Shown here piece after piece: positions 47,099 through 56,758 of a stretch of DNA of 64,000 bases (position 1 is its first letter; the number at the start of each line of letters is the position of its first letter). Source of the DNA: Minisyncoccota bacterium (GTDB lineage Bacteria; Patescibacteriota; Minisyncoccia; Phycocordibacterales; UBA9973). A program made the position numbers and the translations under genes. The notes beneath the pieces are model-generated. The model searched no databases. It saw nothing but the letters and a program-made list of their open reading frames with translations, and had not been told where the DNA came from. The stretch covers positions 671,515 through 735,514 of the forward strand of contig JBAZVG010000001.1 in the NCBI GenBank assembly GCA_041661005.1. Direction: 5' to 3'.

Positions 47099-47716
47099 AT
47101 GAAACAAAATAAAATAGTTATTTATACAGATGGGGCGGCAAAGGGGAATCCAGGAAGGGCAGGTTGGGGCGCGGTTTTTATAATTTACGGAGGTCAGAAT
47201 ACTCACGAGCGAGCCCTTGGTAGGAGTGGCGACGACGGACAGAGAAAATTTTCAGCAGAAAATTTTCGTGGTGAGTCCGTGGGTATTCTGACCGAAGTAA
47301 TTGAAATTGGCGGAGGAGTAGAACATGCGACAAATAATCAGATGGAATTAACTGCTCCGATAGAGGCGCTGAAATATTTTAAGCAAATAATAAATACACA
47401 GGCAACGCCTGTGTATGATATCGAAATTATTTCTGATTCTAAGTATGTGATCTTGGGAATTACGGAGTGGATTTTTAATTGGCAGAAAAATAATTGGCGC
47501 AATGCTGCCAAAAAGCCAGTTGTAAATCGTGAACTCTGGGAGGAACTTTATGAACTTACCCAAGAATTGAAACCCAAATGGACATATGTCAAAGGACACA
47601 ATGAGGATAAATACAACGACCGTGCGGATCTTATAGCTACAAGTTTTGCGGAAGGCGAGCCGGTGGAGCTTAATCCCGGTAGTAGAGCAAAGCTCACTAC
47701 GGGACAAGGAAAATAA
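47099..47716 (+). CDS. rnhA: Ribonuclease HI with ~25-aa in-frame repeat-encoded insertion
   Basis: 'IYTDGAAKGNPGRAGWG...TNNQMEL...' catalytic motifs. The insertion 'LGRSGDDGQRKFSAENFRGESVGIL' sits between beta strands relative to E. coli RNase HI. Confidence 0.85.
   Translation: MKQNKIVIYTDGAAKGNPGRAGWGAVFIIYGGQNTHERALGRSGDDGQRKFSAENFRGESVGILTEVIEIGGGVEHATNNQMELTAPIEALKYFKQIINTQATPVYDIEIISDSKYVILGITEWIFNWQKNNWRNAAKKPVVNRELWEELYELTQELKPKWTYVKGHNEDKYNDRADLIATSFAEGEPVELNPGSRAKLTTGQGK
47214..47277 (+). repeat. Family-2 64-nt element, in-frame within rnhA (copy 2)
   Basis: 62/64 identical to 3439-3502, in the same orientation and the same codon phase. Confidence 0.9.
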
Positions 47717-47734
47717 AATACTTTTTATTATTCT

Positions 47735-49216
47735 ATGCGAGATAGAATTTTTTATGCAATATGTTTTGGTTTTATTTTTGGAGTATTTTTACGCTCTTTT
47801 TTCTTCATAAATTTTTATTTCGTACTGTTTCTTGCTTTCTTGGCAAGTGTCTTAATTATCTACTTTAGTTTAGTAAAGTTTGAATGGGGAATAATCGCCG
47901 GAATTTTTCTGTTAGTGTTTTCACTTGGAATTTTTAGATTTCAGGTGGTTGATGTTTTAGCACCTAATATTTTTGAGTCTCAAGTTGATAAAAAAATTTC
48001 TTTATCGGGAATTGTTGTAGATGAGCCGGATATTAGGGAAAATAATCAAAAATTAACTATTGAAACGAAATCGGACGCTCTGAAAACGAAAATTTTAGTT
48101 ACTGTGAATTTTGGTCAGGATTTTAAATATGGAGATGAGATAAAATTTTCTGGAAAATTAGAGAAACCGGAGAATTTTACGACTGATCAGGGTAAAAACT
48201 TTGACTACATAAATTATTTGCGAAAAGATGGCATTCATTACGTAATGAATTACGTAACTGCTGAAATTATTTTACGAGGGAATGGTAATTTTATCAAAAA
48301 TACCCTGTTTTCTATTAAAGAAAAGTTTTTAGAAAAAATGAATTTGGCGATACATGGTTCCGAATCGCTCTTGATGGGTGGGCTTATTTTAGGGGAGAAG
48401 GCTTCTTTTAGCCAAGAATTAAGAAAGAATTTTATTGATACAGGCACGATACACATAGTGGCTCTCTCTGGCTACAACATTACTATAATTGCCGAATGGA
48501 TTATGAAGTTATTTGCTTTTTTACCTAAAAATCTTGGCATAGGGGTGGGTATTTTCGCAATTTTACTTTTTATATTAATGACTGGCGGAAGTTCTACAGC
48601 AATACGAGCAGGGATAATGGCTACACTTGCGCTTATTGCCCGCGCGACAGGTAGGAATTACGATGTCGCGCGGGCGCTCCTTCTCGCTGGTGTGGGAATG
48701 ATTTTATTAAATCCATTTGTATTGGCGTATGATGTTTCTTTTCAGCTTTCTTTTATCGCCACAGTTGCTGTTATTTTCTTGGCGCCGAAGATTGAGAAAT
48801 ATTTTTTATGGGTGCCGGATATTTTTAAATTGCGGGACATTGTATCCGTTACTTGCGCCGCGTATATCTTCGTTTTACCATTCATCCTCTACAAAATGGG
48901 AAATTTATCTCTGGTTGCCTTACCGGCGAATGTTTTAATTTTACCTTTTATTTCTTTTACCATGGCGCTCGGTTTTCTGACTGGCTTTGTTGGACTTATT
49001 TCACACATGCTGGCAGTGCCGTTTGGGTTTATTTCATATTTATTCTTGCATTATGAACTTGGTGTGATTGATTTTTTCTCTAGTCTTCCATTTGCTTCTT
49101 TTTCTATTCCAAATTTTCCTCTCATTTTGACAATCTTAATTTATATCTATTTTATTTATAGACTTTTTGGCAGAAACATAAAAAGTTTTTTTATTGAATT
49201 TAAAAATCAAGAGTAA
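47735..49216 (+). CDS. comEC: ComEC/Rec2 competence (DNA internalisation) membrane domain, encoded separately from its MBL domain
   Basis: 493 aa, polytopic, with a competence-domain pattern. No metallo-beta-lactamase domain is present within this ORF. Confidence 0.7.
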   Translation: MRDRIFYAICFGFIFGVFLRSFFFINFYFVLFLAFLASVLIIYFSLVKFEWGIIAGIFLLVFSLGIFRFQVVDVLAPNIFESQVDKKISLSGIVVDEPDIRENNQKLTIETKSDALKTKILVTVNFGQDFKYGDEIKFSGKLEKPENFTTDQGKNFDYINYLRKDGIHYVMNYVTAEIILRGNGNFIKNTLFSIKEKFLEKMNLAIHGSESLLMGGLILGEKASFSQELRKNFIDTGTIHIVALSGYNITIIAEWIMKLFAFLPKNLGIGVGIFAILLFILMTGGSSTAIRAGIMATLALIARATGRNYDVARALLLAGVGMILLNPFVLAYDVSFQLSFIATVAVIFLAPKIEKYFLWVPDIFKLRDIVSVTCAAYIFVLPFILYKMGNLSLVALPANVLILPFISFTMALGFLTGFVGLISHMLAVPFGFISYLFLHYELGVIDFFSSLPFASFSIPNFPLILTILIYIYFIYRLFGRNIKSFFIEFKNQE

Positions 49217-49225
49217 TGTTTTTAA

Positions 49226-49289
49226 GGGGTTTTGAGCGCGACGGCGCGAAAATTTCAGGATTTTTTAAGCTTCAAAAAATCCGTACCGG
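49226..49289 (-). repeat. Intergenic repeat family, copy C (inverted orientation)
   Basis: 'ggggttttgagcgcgacggcgcgaaaatttcaggattttttaagcttcaaaaaatccgtaccgg' is the reverse complement of copies A/B. The GC hairpin ggct-cgcc-agcc is replaced by cgcg-acgg-cgcg, a compensatory change. Confidence 0.85.
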
Positions 49290-49310
49290 CAAAAATATTA
49301 CTCTTGATTT

Positions 49311-49910
49311 TTATTTTGCTTCAATAAAATTCTTTTCAATTACCTCCCAATTTAAGTTTTCAAAAAATGCCTCTACATATTTTTTCTTTTCTGAAGTAGG
49401 GTAGTCGTAAACGAAAGCATGTTCCCACATATCCAGCGCAAGAATTATCTTACAAGTGGCAAGTTGTCCCAAATGCTGTTCGTCTACCCATGCATTTAAA
49501 AGACGTTTGGTTTGAGGATCATAGTAGAGCATAGCCCAGCCTATGCCACGGGTAAGAGCTGTAGATTTAAAACGATTAAGCCACACGTCAAAAGAATTCC
49601 ATTCGGCAACGATAGCTTGTTTTAATTTACTATCATCCGCGAGAGTGTGAGCTCCACCAGAAAGAGATTCAAAATAAATCTCATGATTTCGCATGCCATT
49701 GTATTCAAATCCGAATCTGCGCTGGATTTCGCTTACGACGTAGGGCGCAAAAGCATCCTCTTTCGCATAACCCTCGTATTCAGGAATTTTTTCCAGAATA
49801 AGATTCGTATTTTTCACATAACCCGCATAGAGCTTTAGATGCTCTTCAATGTTTTTAGCTGATATTCCTTTCAATGTTCCGATATTAAATTTTATTTCTT
49901 CAAATTTCAT
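49311..49910 (-). CDS. sodA: Superoxide dismutase, Fe/Mn family
   Basis: '...HHxxHH...' motifs and the C-terminal 'DMWEHAFVYDY' motif. Confidence 0.9.
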   Translation of the reverse strand: MKFEEIKFNIGTLKGISAKNIEEHLKLYAGYVKNTNLILEKIPEYEGYAKEDAFAPYVVSEIQRRFGFEYNGMRNHEIYFESLSGGAHTLADDSKLKQAIVAEWNSFDVWLNRFKSTALTRGIGWAMLYYDPQTKRLLNAWVDEQHLGQLATCKIILALDMWEHAFVYDYPTSEKKKYVEAFFENLNWEVIEKNFIEAK

Positions 49911-49928
49911 ATGTGCTAGTATTGTATC

Positions 49929-50822
49929 ATGTTTGAACAGAGGAAAACATATGCCAAGAGATATGGTTTGTTTATCTTCACCTTTTTTCTTTTAATTGCC
50001 ACTATCTTTCTTTTTTACCAAGATTTTAAAAATTCTCACAAAGGTCTGACATTTGCGATGCTGGATGTCGGTCAAGGTGATGCGCTTTTTATCGAGTCGC
50101 CGACTGGCGCACAGATACTGGTGGATGGAGGACCGCCGAGGAAAATACTAAGTCAGCTTTCGAGAGTTATGTCCCCGTTTGATACGCATCTAGATGCGAT
50201 TTTAATTACTAATCCAGACCAAGATCATATCGGAGGATTTTTGGATGTCTTGAAAGTTTATAAAGTAGATAAAGTTTTTGAGCCTGGGACAATCAATGAT
50301 TCCAAAATTTATCAAAATCTTGAGGCCGATATATACGATAAGATAAAAAATAAAAAAATTCAGAAAATTTTAGCAAAAAAGGGTATGCGGTTAGATATTG
50401 GTGGCGGAGCGATGATTGATATTTTATTTCCCGATAGAGATGTTTCATTTTGGAATACTAACGATGGATCAGTCGTGGCGAGGCTCTCTTATGGCAAGAC
50501 GTCTATCATGTTAACAGGGGATGCTACCTCTGAAACAGAAAAAATAATTCTAAAAGAAAATTCCAAAGCAAGGTTTCAGAGCGATATTTTAAAAGTAGGG
50601 CATCATGGTTCGCGGACTTCGACTAGTGCCTCATTCGTGCAAGCTGTAGCTCCGGCTTATGCTCTCATATCAGATGGTAAAGATAATAAATATGGTCATC
50701 CGCATCAAGACACATTGGCAACTTTGACTAAATTTGGCGTCAAGGTTTTCAGAACCGACTTACTTGGAACTATAATAATGAAATCTGATGGAGAAAATGA
50801 AGTTTTTAGTTTTCAGAGATAG
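49929..50822 (+). CDS. Metallo-beta-lactamase domain protein (ComEC C-terminal-like), N-terminal TM anchor
   Basis: 'MLDVGQGDALFIE' and the 'ITNPDQDHIGG' HxHxDH-type motif, as in the ComEC MBL domain. Confidence 0.7.
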   Translation: MFEQRKTYAKRYGLFIFTFFLLIATIFLFYQDFKNSHKGLTFAMLDVGQGDALFIESPTGAQILVDGGPPRKILSQLSRVMSPFDTHLDAILITNPDQDHIGGFLDVLKVYKVDKVFEPGTINDSKIYQNLEADIYDKIKNKKIQKILAKKGMRLDIGGGAMIDILFPDRDVSFWNTNDGSVVARLSYGKTSIMLTGDATSETEKIILKENSKARFQSDILKVGHHGSRTSTSASFVQAVAPAYALISDGKDNKYGHPHQDTLATLTKFGVKVFRTDLLGTIIMKSDGENEVFSFQR

Positions 50823-50859
50823 TTGTTTTAAACAAGAAAAGATGTGATATTATGTAGGT

Positions 50860-51726
50860 ATGAATTTAGAAAGCACTTCTCCAAATATCAACAAAACAGA
50901 AAAAGTAAGAAATAAAATCAAGGCTGAATTGAAGGGTTTTGGTGTTCCTGAAATTCCAGAAATCGTGGATCACCTTGTTGTTCTTGAAGAAAATTCTCGA
51001 TTTAATGATGATTCTAGAATGATTCTTGAAGGTATAGGAAATGTTCTAGATTTGATAGATTCATTCAAGCTTACAACAATACAAAGGAAGAGACTTTTTC
51101 TGGCTACTTATTTAGGTGATATTGGTAAGACTTCTTCCTCTAAAGATACTGAATGTCAACTGGCGGTAGCAAGATTGTTTTCAAAAGAAAATCTAGATTC
51201 CAATCAGAAAGTTACTAGAGTCCTTCAACTTTATTTTCCAGCCGAAGAAGTGGATCCTGTGATTTTAAATTTATTTAAAGTTGGAATAGGTCCTGATACC
51301 TTGATGCCAGAGTTTTGGAGAAAGCATGCATTTTGGACACAAGAAATACTCGATAGGCATCAGGATGTTTTCGATAAATCTACCAGGACAATAGCCGCAA
51401 GTCACCACATAAATAGTGGTATTGACCCCTACAAAATTAGAGTTGAGGGTAAAGTAAAAGGTACATGGGAATGGGAAGTTTCAAATGAAGAAAAATTTTC
51501 CATTCTTCTATTTATGGCTATGGATAAATATCAGGCTTTTATTGTAAGGAGTAAAAAAAGTCACAAGGAAGCAATTAAACTTTTAAAAGATGAGTTGAAA
51601 CCATTTGATGGTGATGATCTTAAAGATATGATTGTTAGGGCTATTGAACAGTTAGGTGGTACCGATAGTGTGTTTCCTGAAGGTTTAAAGGATTTAAAAG
51701 CAAAAAAAGATGGTATTATTAAATAA
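50860..51726 (+). CDS. Hypothetical protein with degenerate HD-like motif (LGDIGK instead of LHDIGK)
   Basis: 'ATYLGDIGKT' and 'AASHHINSG'. Low-confidence family assignment. Confidence 0.4.
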   Translation: MNLESTSPNINKTEKVRNKIKAELKGFGVPEIPEIVDHLVVLEENSRFNDDSRMILEGIGNVLDLIDSFKLTTIQRKRLFLATYLGDIGKTSSSKDTECQLAVARLFSKENLDSNQKVTRVLQLYFPAEEVDPVILNLFKVGIGPDTLMPEFWRKHAFWTQEILDRHQDVFDKSTRTIAASHHINSGIDPYKIRVEGKVKGTWEWEVSNEEKFSILLFMAMDKYQAFIVRSKKSHKEAIKLLKDELKPFDGDDLKDMIVRAIEQLGGTDSVFPEGLKDLKAKKDGIIK

Positions 51727-51741
51727 TAAACTTATAAAGAA

Positions 51742-52986
51742 ATGCGAGACAAACTAGTAGAAAAATTTATAAAAGGGGAGGAGAAAAGACAAAGAGAGGG
51801 ATTGGAGCTTATTCCATCCGAGAATTACGTTTCTGAAGATGTTTTAAAAGCGAACGGCTCGGTTTTTACCAACAAATATTCTGAAGGTTATCCGGGACGC
51901 AGGTATTATGGAGGGCAGGAGTTTACTGACCAGGTGGAGCGTCTGGCTATTGAACGCGCGTGTAAATTGTTTAAATGCAAATTCGCCAATGTGCAACCGC
52001 ATTCAGGGGCTCCGGCAAACTTGGCTGTATACGCAGCGCTTCTCGAGCCAGGAGACACAGTCATGGGTATGGATCTCTCACATGGAGGGCACCTCACTCA
52101 TGGACATCCGATGACTCTCCCTGCCAAGATTTACAAATTCGTGACTTATAAAATGAAAGATCCAGAAACGGGAGAAATCGACTATGAAGACATGAGGAGA
52201 GTGGCTATTGCCAATAAGCCCAAGCTGATCATTGCCGGATTTTCTGCTTACCCACGCACATTGGACTATAAAAAATTTGTGGAAATCGCTCATGAGGTGG
52301 GAGCTATTACTATGGCAGACATGGCGCACATTGCCGGACTCATTGCGGCTGGAGTCCTTCGCAATCCGTTCGATGATGGTTTTGACATTATCACTTCCAC
52401 GACACACAAGACCCTCCGTGGCCCAAGAGGAGGTATAATTCTCACACGAGAAAATGAAGAAATAGCAAAGAAAATTGATAAAGCAATTTTCCCGGGAATT
52501 CAAGGTGGTCCGCATATGCATATTGTCGCTGCAAAAGCTGTTGCTTTTGGAGAAGCGATGACGCCAAAGTATAAAAAATACGCCGTACAGATTTTGAAAA
52601 ATTCCAAAGCCATGGCAGAAATTTTTCGTAAAAATAAAATCAGGATGATCGGTGGTGGCACTGACAATCATTTGATTCTGGCTGACGTTTTTGGTTCTTT
52701 GGGTGTGACAGGCAAGGAAGCTCAGACAGTGCTAGACGAGGTGGGCATAACGCTCAACATGAATGCAATTGCGGGGGATACTAGAAAGCCACTTGACCCG
52801 TCAGGCATCAGATTTGGCACACCGGCGATAACGACACGAGGTTTCAAAGAGAAAGAATGCAAGCATGTTGCTGAACTCATGATTGAGGTATTGAAAAATA
52901 AAGATGATAAAAAATTAAAAGAAAAAGTACACAAAGAAATCAAAGCGCTTGCCAAAAAATTTCCGATACCAAAAAAGTTTGTATAA
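51742..52986 (+). CDS. glyA: Serine hydroxymethyltransferase
   Basis: 'ELIPSENYVS', 'TTHKTLRGPRGG' (PLP-Lys). Confidence 0.95.
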   Translation: MRDKLVEKFIKGEEKRQREGLELIPSENYVSEDVLKANGSVFTNKYSEGYPGRRYYGGQEFTDQVERLAIERACKLFKCKFANVQPHSGAPANLAVYAALLEPGDTVMGMDLSHGGHLTHGHPMTLPAKIYKFVTYKMKDPETGEIDYEDMRRVAIANKPKLIIAGFSAYPRTLDYKKFVEIAHEVGAITMADMAHIAGLIAAGVLRNPFDDGFDIITSTTHKTLRGPRGGIILTRENEEIAKKIDKAIFPGIQGGPHMHIVAAKAVAFGEAMTPKYKKYAVQILKNSKAMAEIFRKNKIRMIGGGTDNHLILADVFGSLGVTGKEAQTVLDEVGITLNMNAIAGDTRKPLDPSGIRFGTPAITTRGFKEKECKHVAELMIEVLKNKDDKKLKEKVHKEIKALAKKFPIPKKFV

Positions 52987-53007
52987 AAATTAATTAAACA
53001 AATAAAA

Positions 53008-53751
53008 TTGATGCTAAAAGGTAAAAATATTTTAATAACGGGTTCATCGTCAGGTATCGGCGCCGCGACAGCTAGGTTGGCAAAGAAATACGGCGCGAAT
53101 GTTATTCTGCACGGAAAGGAAAAATCTTCCAAACTCGACGCGCTGAAGAAAGAGCTCAACGCGGAAGAAATTATCTGCGATATCCGAGATAAAAAGGAGG
53201 TTTTGCGCGAAGTCAATAAATTGCTTGATAAGAAAATACATATAAATTGTTTGGCAAACGTTGCCGGGATCGTAAAAAATCGCGGACCGTTTCTGGAAGC
53301 AACAGATGAAGAGTGGCTTTCTACGTATGAGATAAATGTTTTGGGTATTGTGCACATGTGTCAAGCGGTCATACCAAACATGCAATCCCAAAAATACGGG
53401 CGTATAGTGAACGTCAGCTCAGTCAGGGCGTATCCGCAGGGGACTCTCTCCACTCGCGCGTCTTATTCTTGTTCCAAGGCCGCGGTTCTAAATTTGACGG
53501 TTGCCCTCGCAAAAGAATATGCCAAAGATGGCATCAGCGTGAATTCAATTTCTCCCGGCGGAGTGAATACTGAGATTGTGAAGGAATGGGATGCGGATAC
53601 TTTGAAAAGAAATTCCGATGTTCTACTCGGACGCATAGCAGAACCAAATGAAATTGCCGAGGCGATTTGTTTTTTCCTGAGTGATAGGGCGAGTTATGCC
53701 ACTGGACAAGATTTTGTCTTTGACGGTGGCTATTTAGTTTCGGGAAAATAA
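53008..53751 (+). CDS. Short-chain dehydrogenase/reductase (SDR) family oxidoreductase
   Basis: 'ILITGSSSGIGAA' Rossmann motif, 'NAG', catalytic 'YSCSKAAV'. Confidence 0.85.
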   Translation: MMLKGKNILITGSSSGIGAATARLAKKYGANVILHGKEKSSKLDALKKELNAEEIICDIRDKKEVLREVNKLLDKKIHINCLANVAGIVKNRGPFLEATDEEWLSTYEINVLGIVHMCQAVIPNMQSQKYGRIVNVSSVRAYPQGTLSTRASYSCSKAAVLNLTVALAKEYAKDGISVNSISPGGVNTEIVKEWDADTLKRNSDVLLGRIAEPNEIAEAICFFLSDRASYATGQDFVFDGGYLVSGK

Positions 53752-53780
53752 AGTTGGTTACTTTAGTTAACTAAAGTGGA

Positions 53781-54203
53781 TTGAAATTAATTATGAAAAT
53801 ATATTTTGCTGGGTCAATACGAGGAGGCAGAGAGAATAAAGAAATTTATTCTGAAATTATTGATACGCTTAAAAAATACGGGGAGGTTTTGACTGAACAT
53901 ATCGGTGACCAATCCTTGACTCATCTTGGGGAGGTAAATGTTCCAGATGGACACGTTTATAAGCGTGATATGGATTGGTTGAAAAGCTCTGATGTGCTAG
54001 TGGCTGATGTGAGCACACCTAGTCTGGGTGTAGGATACGAAATCGCTTCGGCTGAAATTTTAGGTAAGAAGATATTGTGTCTATATAGACAGGGGAGTGA
54101 AAAAAAACTTTCGGGAATGATAAACGGTAACAAAAATTTAACGATTAGAACTTACAATACGGTAAAAGATTTACCAGAAATTTTCAAGAATTTTTTTGTA
54201 TGA
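53781..54203 (+). CDS. Nucleoside 2-deoxyribosyltransferase / DNPH1-like protein
   Basis: 'KIYFAGSIRGG...' and 'VLVADVSTPSLGVGYEIASA' follow the NDT/Rcl family pattern. The gene overlaps the tmk start (ATGA). Confidence 0.55.
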   Translation: MKLIMKIYFAGSIRGGRENKEIYSEIIDTLKKYGEVLTEHIGDQSLTHLGEVNVPDGHVYKRDMDWLKSSDVLVADVSTPSLGVGYEIASAEILGKKILCLYRQGSEKKLSGMINGNKNLTIRTYNTVKDLPEIFKNFFV

Positions 54204-54892
54204 ACAGGAAAGGAAAATTAATCGTAATAGACGGCACGGACGGGAGCGGGAAGACTACTCAGGCGAATCTGCTCATGAAGCATCTAAAAAAAGATGGGTA
54301 TAAAGTGAAATTTATCCATTTTCCACGCTACGAAGATAATTTTTTTGGGAAGTTTATTGCGCACTGTCTTTCTGAACAATATTACAACTGGGTCAATATT
54401 CACCCAAAGATTGCCTCTATTGTCTATGCGGCCGATAGATGGGAATCAAAAGAAAAAATACAAAATTGGATACAGCAAGGATATATTGTGGTTATGGATC
54501 GATATATTTCTTCAAATCAGATACATCAAGGCGGTAAAATTTCAAATATCAAAAAGCGTGAAGCGTTCTTGATGTGGCTAGCGGAAATGGAGTATAAAGT
54601 TTTCAAAATTCCGGCACCGGATCTGACAGTTTATTTATCTTTGCCCGTAGAAATGGTTTTAAAATTAATAAAAGTACGTGACTACAAAGGCGCTCGCGCA
54701 TATTTGGGTAGCAAGAAAGATGTTCACGAGAAGGATAAGAACTTTTTGAAAAATTCTATCAAGAGTGCACTTTGGCTCGCGAAGACGCAGAAAAATTGGA
54801 TGAAGATTGAATGTATGGAAAATGGAAAACTTTTAAGTTTTCCTGCTATTCACGACGAAATTTATAAAAAAATAAAAAAAATTATTAAATAG
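54200..54892 (+). CDS. tmk: Thymidylate kinase
   Basis: 'LIVIDGTDGSGKTTQ' P-loop and 'DRY' motif. Confidence 0.9.
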   Translation: MNRKGKLIVIDGTDGSGKTTQANLLMKHLKKDGYKVKFIHFPRYEDNFFGKFIAHCLSEQYYNWVNIHPKIASIVYAADRWESKEKIQNWIQQGYIVVMDRYISSNQIHQGGKISNIKKREAFLMWLAEMEYKVFKIPAPDLTVYLSLPVEMVLKLIKVRDYKGARAYLGSKKDVHEKDKNFLKNSIKSALWLAKTQKNWMKIECMENGKLLSFPAIHDEIYKKIKKIIK

Positions 54893-54944
54893 TTTATGCA
54901 CAGTTAGGCTTAAAGTAAACTTTCCGTGTGGTATAATATTTGTC

Positions 54945-56699
54945 ATGATTACTCCAGAACTTGTTTCCTTCCTTAAGCTTTCCAAAGAAAAAGGAGTTCC
55001 ATTTGAAACAACTAAGAACAATTTGCTTGGCGCTGGCTGGAATGAATCGGATATCAACCAAGCTCTCGCTACTATAGATGTTCCCGCTTCTGTTGCTCCC
55101 ATCTCTCCAATTTCAAATACTTCTCCTGTTGTTGCAGGAAATATTTCCAATTCTGGTTCTCTGCATTCAGGAATTATCGTAACCACCCATAAGAAGAATA
55201 AGTTTTTTCTGTCTCTAGTTATTTTTATTTTAGTGCTCTTATTGGGAGCGGGCGTTGTTTATTCCTACATACAGAAACTTGGTCCATTTGCAAAATTTGC
55301 AAATTTATATAGTGAAACCAACCTCTTGTCTGGCTTGCTAGACAAATCTTCACAAATTCGCACTTCTTCTTATGCCGTCTCAGCTTCTCTTGCCGTAGGG
55401 CCACGAGATTCTGATGCTCGACCTTTTACTCTCGCGCCTATTGCCATCTCTCCAGAGTCACCCAAGCCACTTTTTGCGACTTTGGGTGAGCAAGCTAAAT
55501 ATCTTCCAGAAGAATTCGGAGTCGATCTTACTTTCAGCGCAAAAACTGATTGGGAAACTGTTGATCTAGCTGATTGGGCTGTCAATTTAGATGCCAATGG
55601 AGATTTTGGGGATCTTGTTTATAAAGTGAATGTCGATGCTTTAAAGAAAGGCGAGGATTTTTATATAAAAATAAACAACATTCCCAGCATTCTCTTAAGC
55701 AGTTTTTCTAATCTTAAAGGTGAATGGATAAAAATAAGTCCAAAGAAAAAAGACGACAAATCTACTGGTAGCTATCAAAGCTATGATCCGTTTTCTTCTA
55801 TAACTGATTCATTTACAAGGAGCGAGAGTTCTTATAAAGAAAATCGAGCGAAATTTATGGAGTTACTTAAAAAAGCGGCTCAATTTGCCGATGAAGAAAA
55901 ATTAATTGGGTTTAAAAATAAACCAAAAAAAGAAACCATCAATGAGCGAGAGTTATATCGCTATGATTTAAAAATAAACCGAGACTCCATCGTTCCTTTT
56001 TATCAAAAATTAAGAACTGAAGCTGAACAGGTTCAAGAAGTTGGGGAAATTTTTGATGATAGTGGTTTGTTAGCATATCTCCAGACTAAAGAATTCAATG
56101 ATGTTTTTGACTACTATCAAGCTAACACCTTTCTCTCTATTTGGGTGGATGATAAAGGATTTCCAGCAATTATAAAATACACATTCCGTTTGGTTCCTCC
56201 GGACAGCGCCGAACAATTGAAAGACAAACAAGCTAATTTAGAATTCTCATTGAGTTTTTCAGATATAAACAAACCAGTAAATATTGAAATTCCAGTTGGA
56301 GCAAAAAACATAGAAGACATGCCGGCCTTCAAGACAGCCAGAAATAAAGGGACAAATGCCTCAATTAAAGCAAATTTATCAAATATGCGATCAGTGGCGG
56401 AAATTTATTATGATAAAAACAATTCTTATGGAGCTACAGTAAATAATAATTGCAATTCTGCTTCGAACACTTTATTTAGTGATAAAATTATGGCTGACAT
56501 TATAATAAACGTAAAAAAATCTATGGAAGAAGGCGGGGTAGAGCCTGTATCAGTTAGTTGTTACAGTAACAGAACCGCATGGGCGATCTCAGCTAAACTT
56601 ATAGATACTGAACAAGATAGTGGTTATTGGTGCGTGGATAGTAAAGGTTCTTACAAACTTGTCACAAAACCAATTTCTTCCGCTGTTTGTCCAAAATAA
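54945..56699 (+). CDS. Membrane-anchored hypothetical protein with type IV pilin-like C-terminal globular domain
   Basis: TM segment at about residue 95. The C-terminal 'ARNKGTNASIKANLSNMRSVAEIYYDKNNSY...C...C' resembles a pilin headgroup with a terminal disulfide pair. Confidence 0.45.
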   Translation: MITPELVSFLKLSKEKGVPFETTKNNLLGAGWNESDINQALATIDVPASVAPISPISNTSPVVAGNISNSGSLHSGIIVTTHKKNKFFLSLVIFILVLLLGAGVVYSYIQKLGPFAKFANLYSETNLLSGLLDKSSQIRTSSYAVSASLAVGPRDSDARPFTLAPIAISPESPKPLFATLGEQAKYLPEEFGVDLTFSAKTDWETVDLADWAVNLDANGDFGDLVYKVNVDALKKGEDFYIKINNIPSILLSSFSNLKGEWIKISPKKKDDKSTGSYQSYDPFSSITDSFTRSESSYKENRAKFMELLKKAAQFADEEKLIGFKNKPKKETINERELYRYDLKINRDSIVPFYQKLRTEAEQVQEVGEIFDDSGLLAYLQTKEFNDVFDYYQANTFLSIWVDDKGFPAIIKYTFRLVPPDSAEQLKDKQANLEFSLSFSDINKPVNIEIPVGAKNIEDMPAFKTARNKGTNASIKANLSNMRSVAEIYYDKNNSYGATVNNNCNSASNTLFSDKIMADIIINVKKSMEEGGVEPVSVSCYSNRTAWAISAKLIDTEQDSGYWCVDSKGSYKLVTKPISSAVCPK

Positions 56700-56724
56700 A
56701 AAATAATTTTCTTATTTATTAATT

Positions 56725-56756
56725 TAGCATTAACAAACGGTCGTACACTATTGCTG
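56725..56756. repeat. 32-nt direct repeat (copy 1) flanking PaaX-like gene
   Basis: 'tagcattaacaaacggtcgtacactattgctg'. Copy 2 at 57333-57364 differs at one position. Each copy is itself a hairpin (agcatta / taatgct). Confidence 0.9.
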
Positions 56757-56758
56757 TT

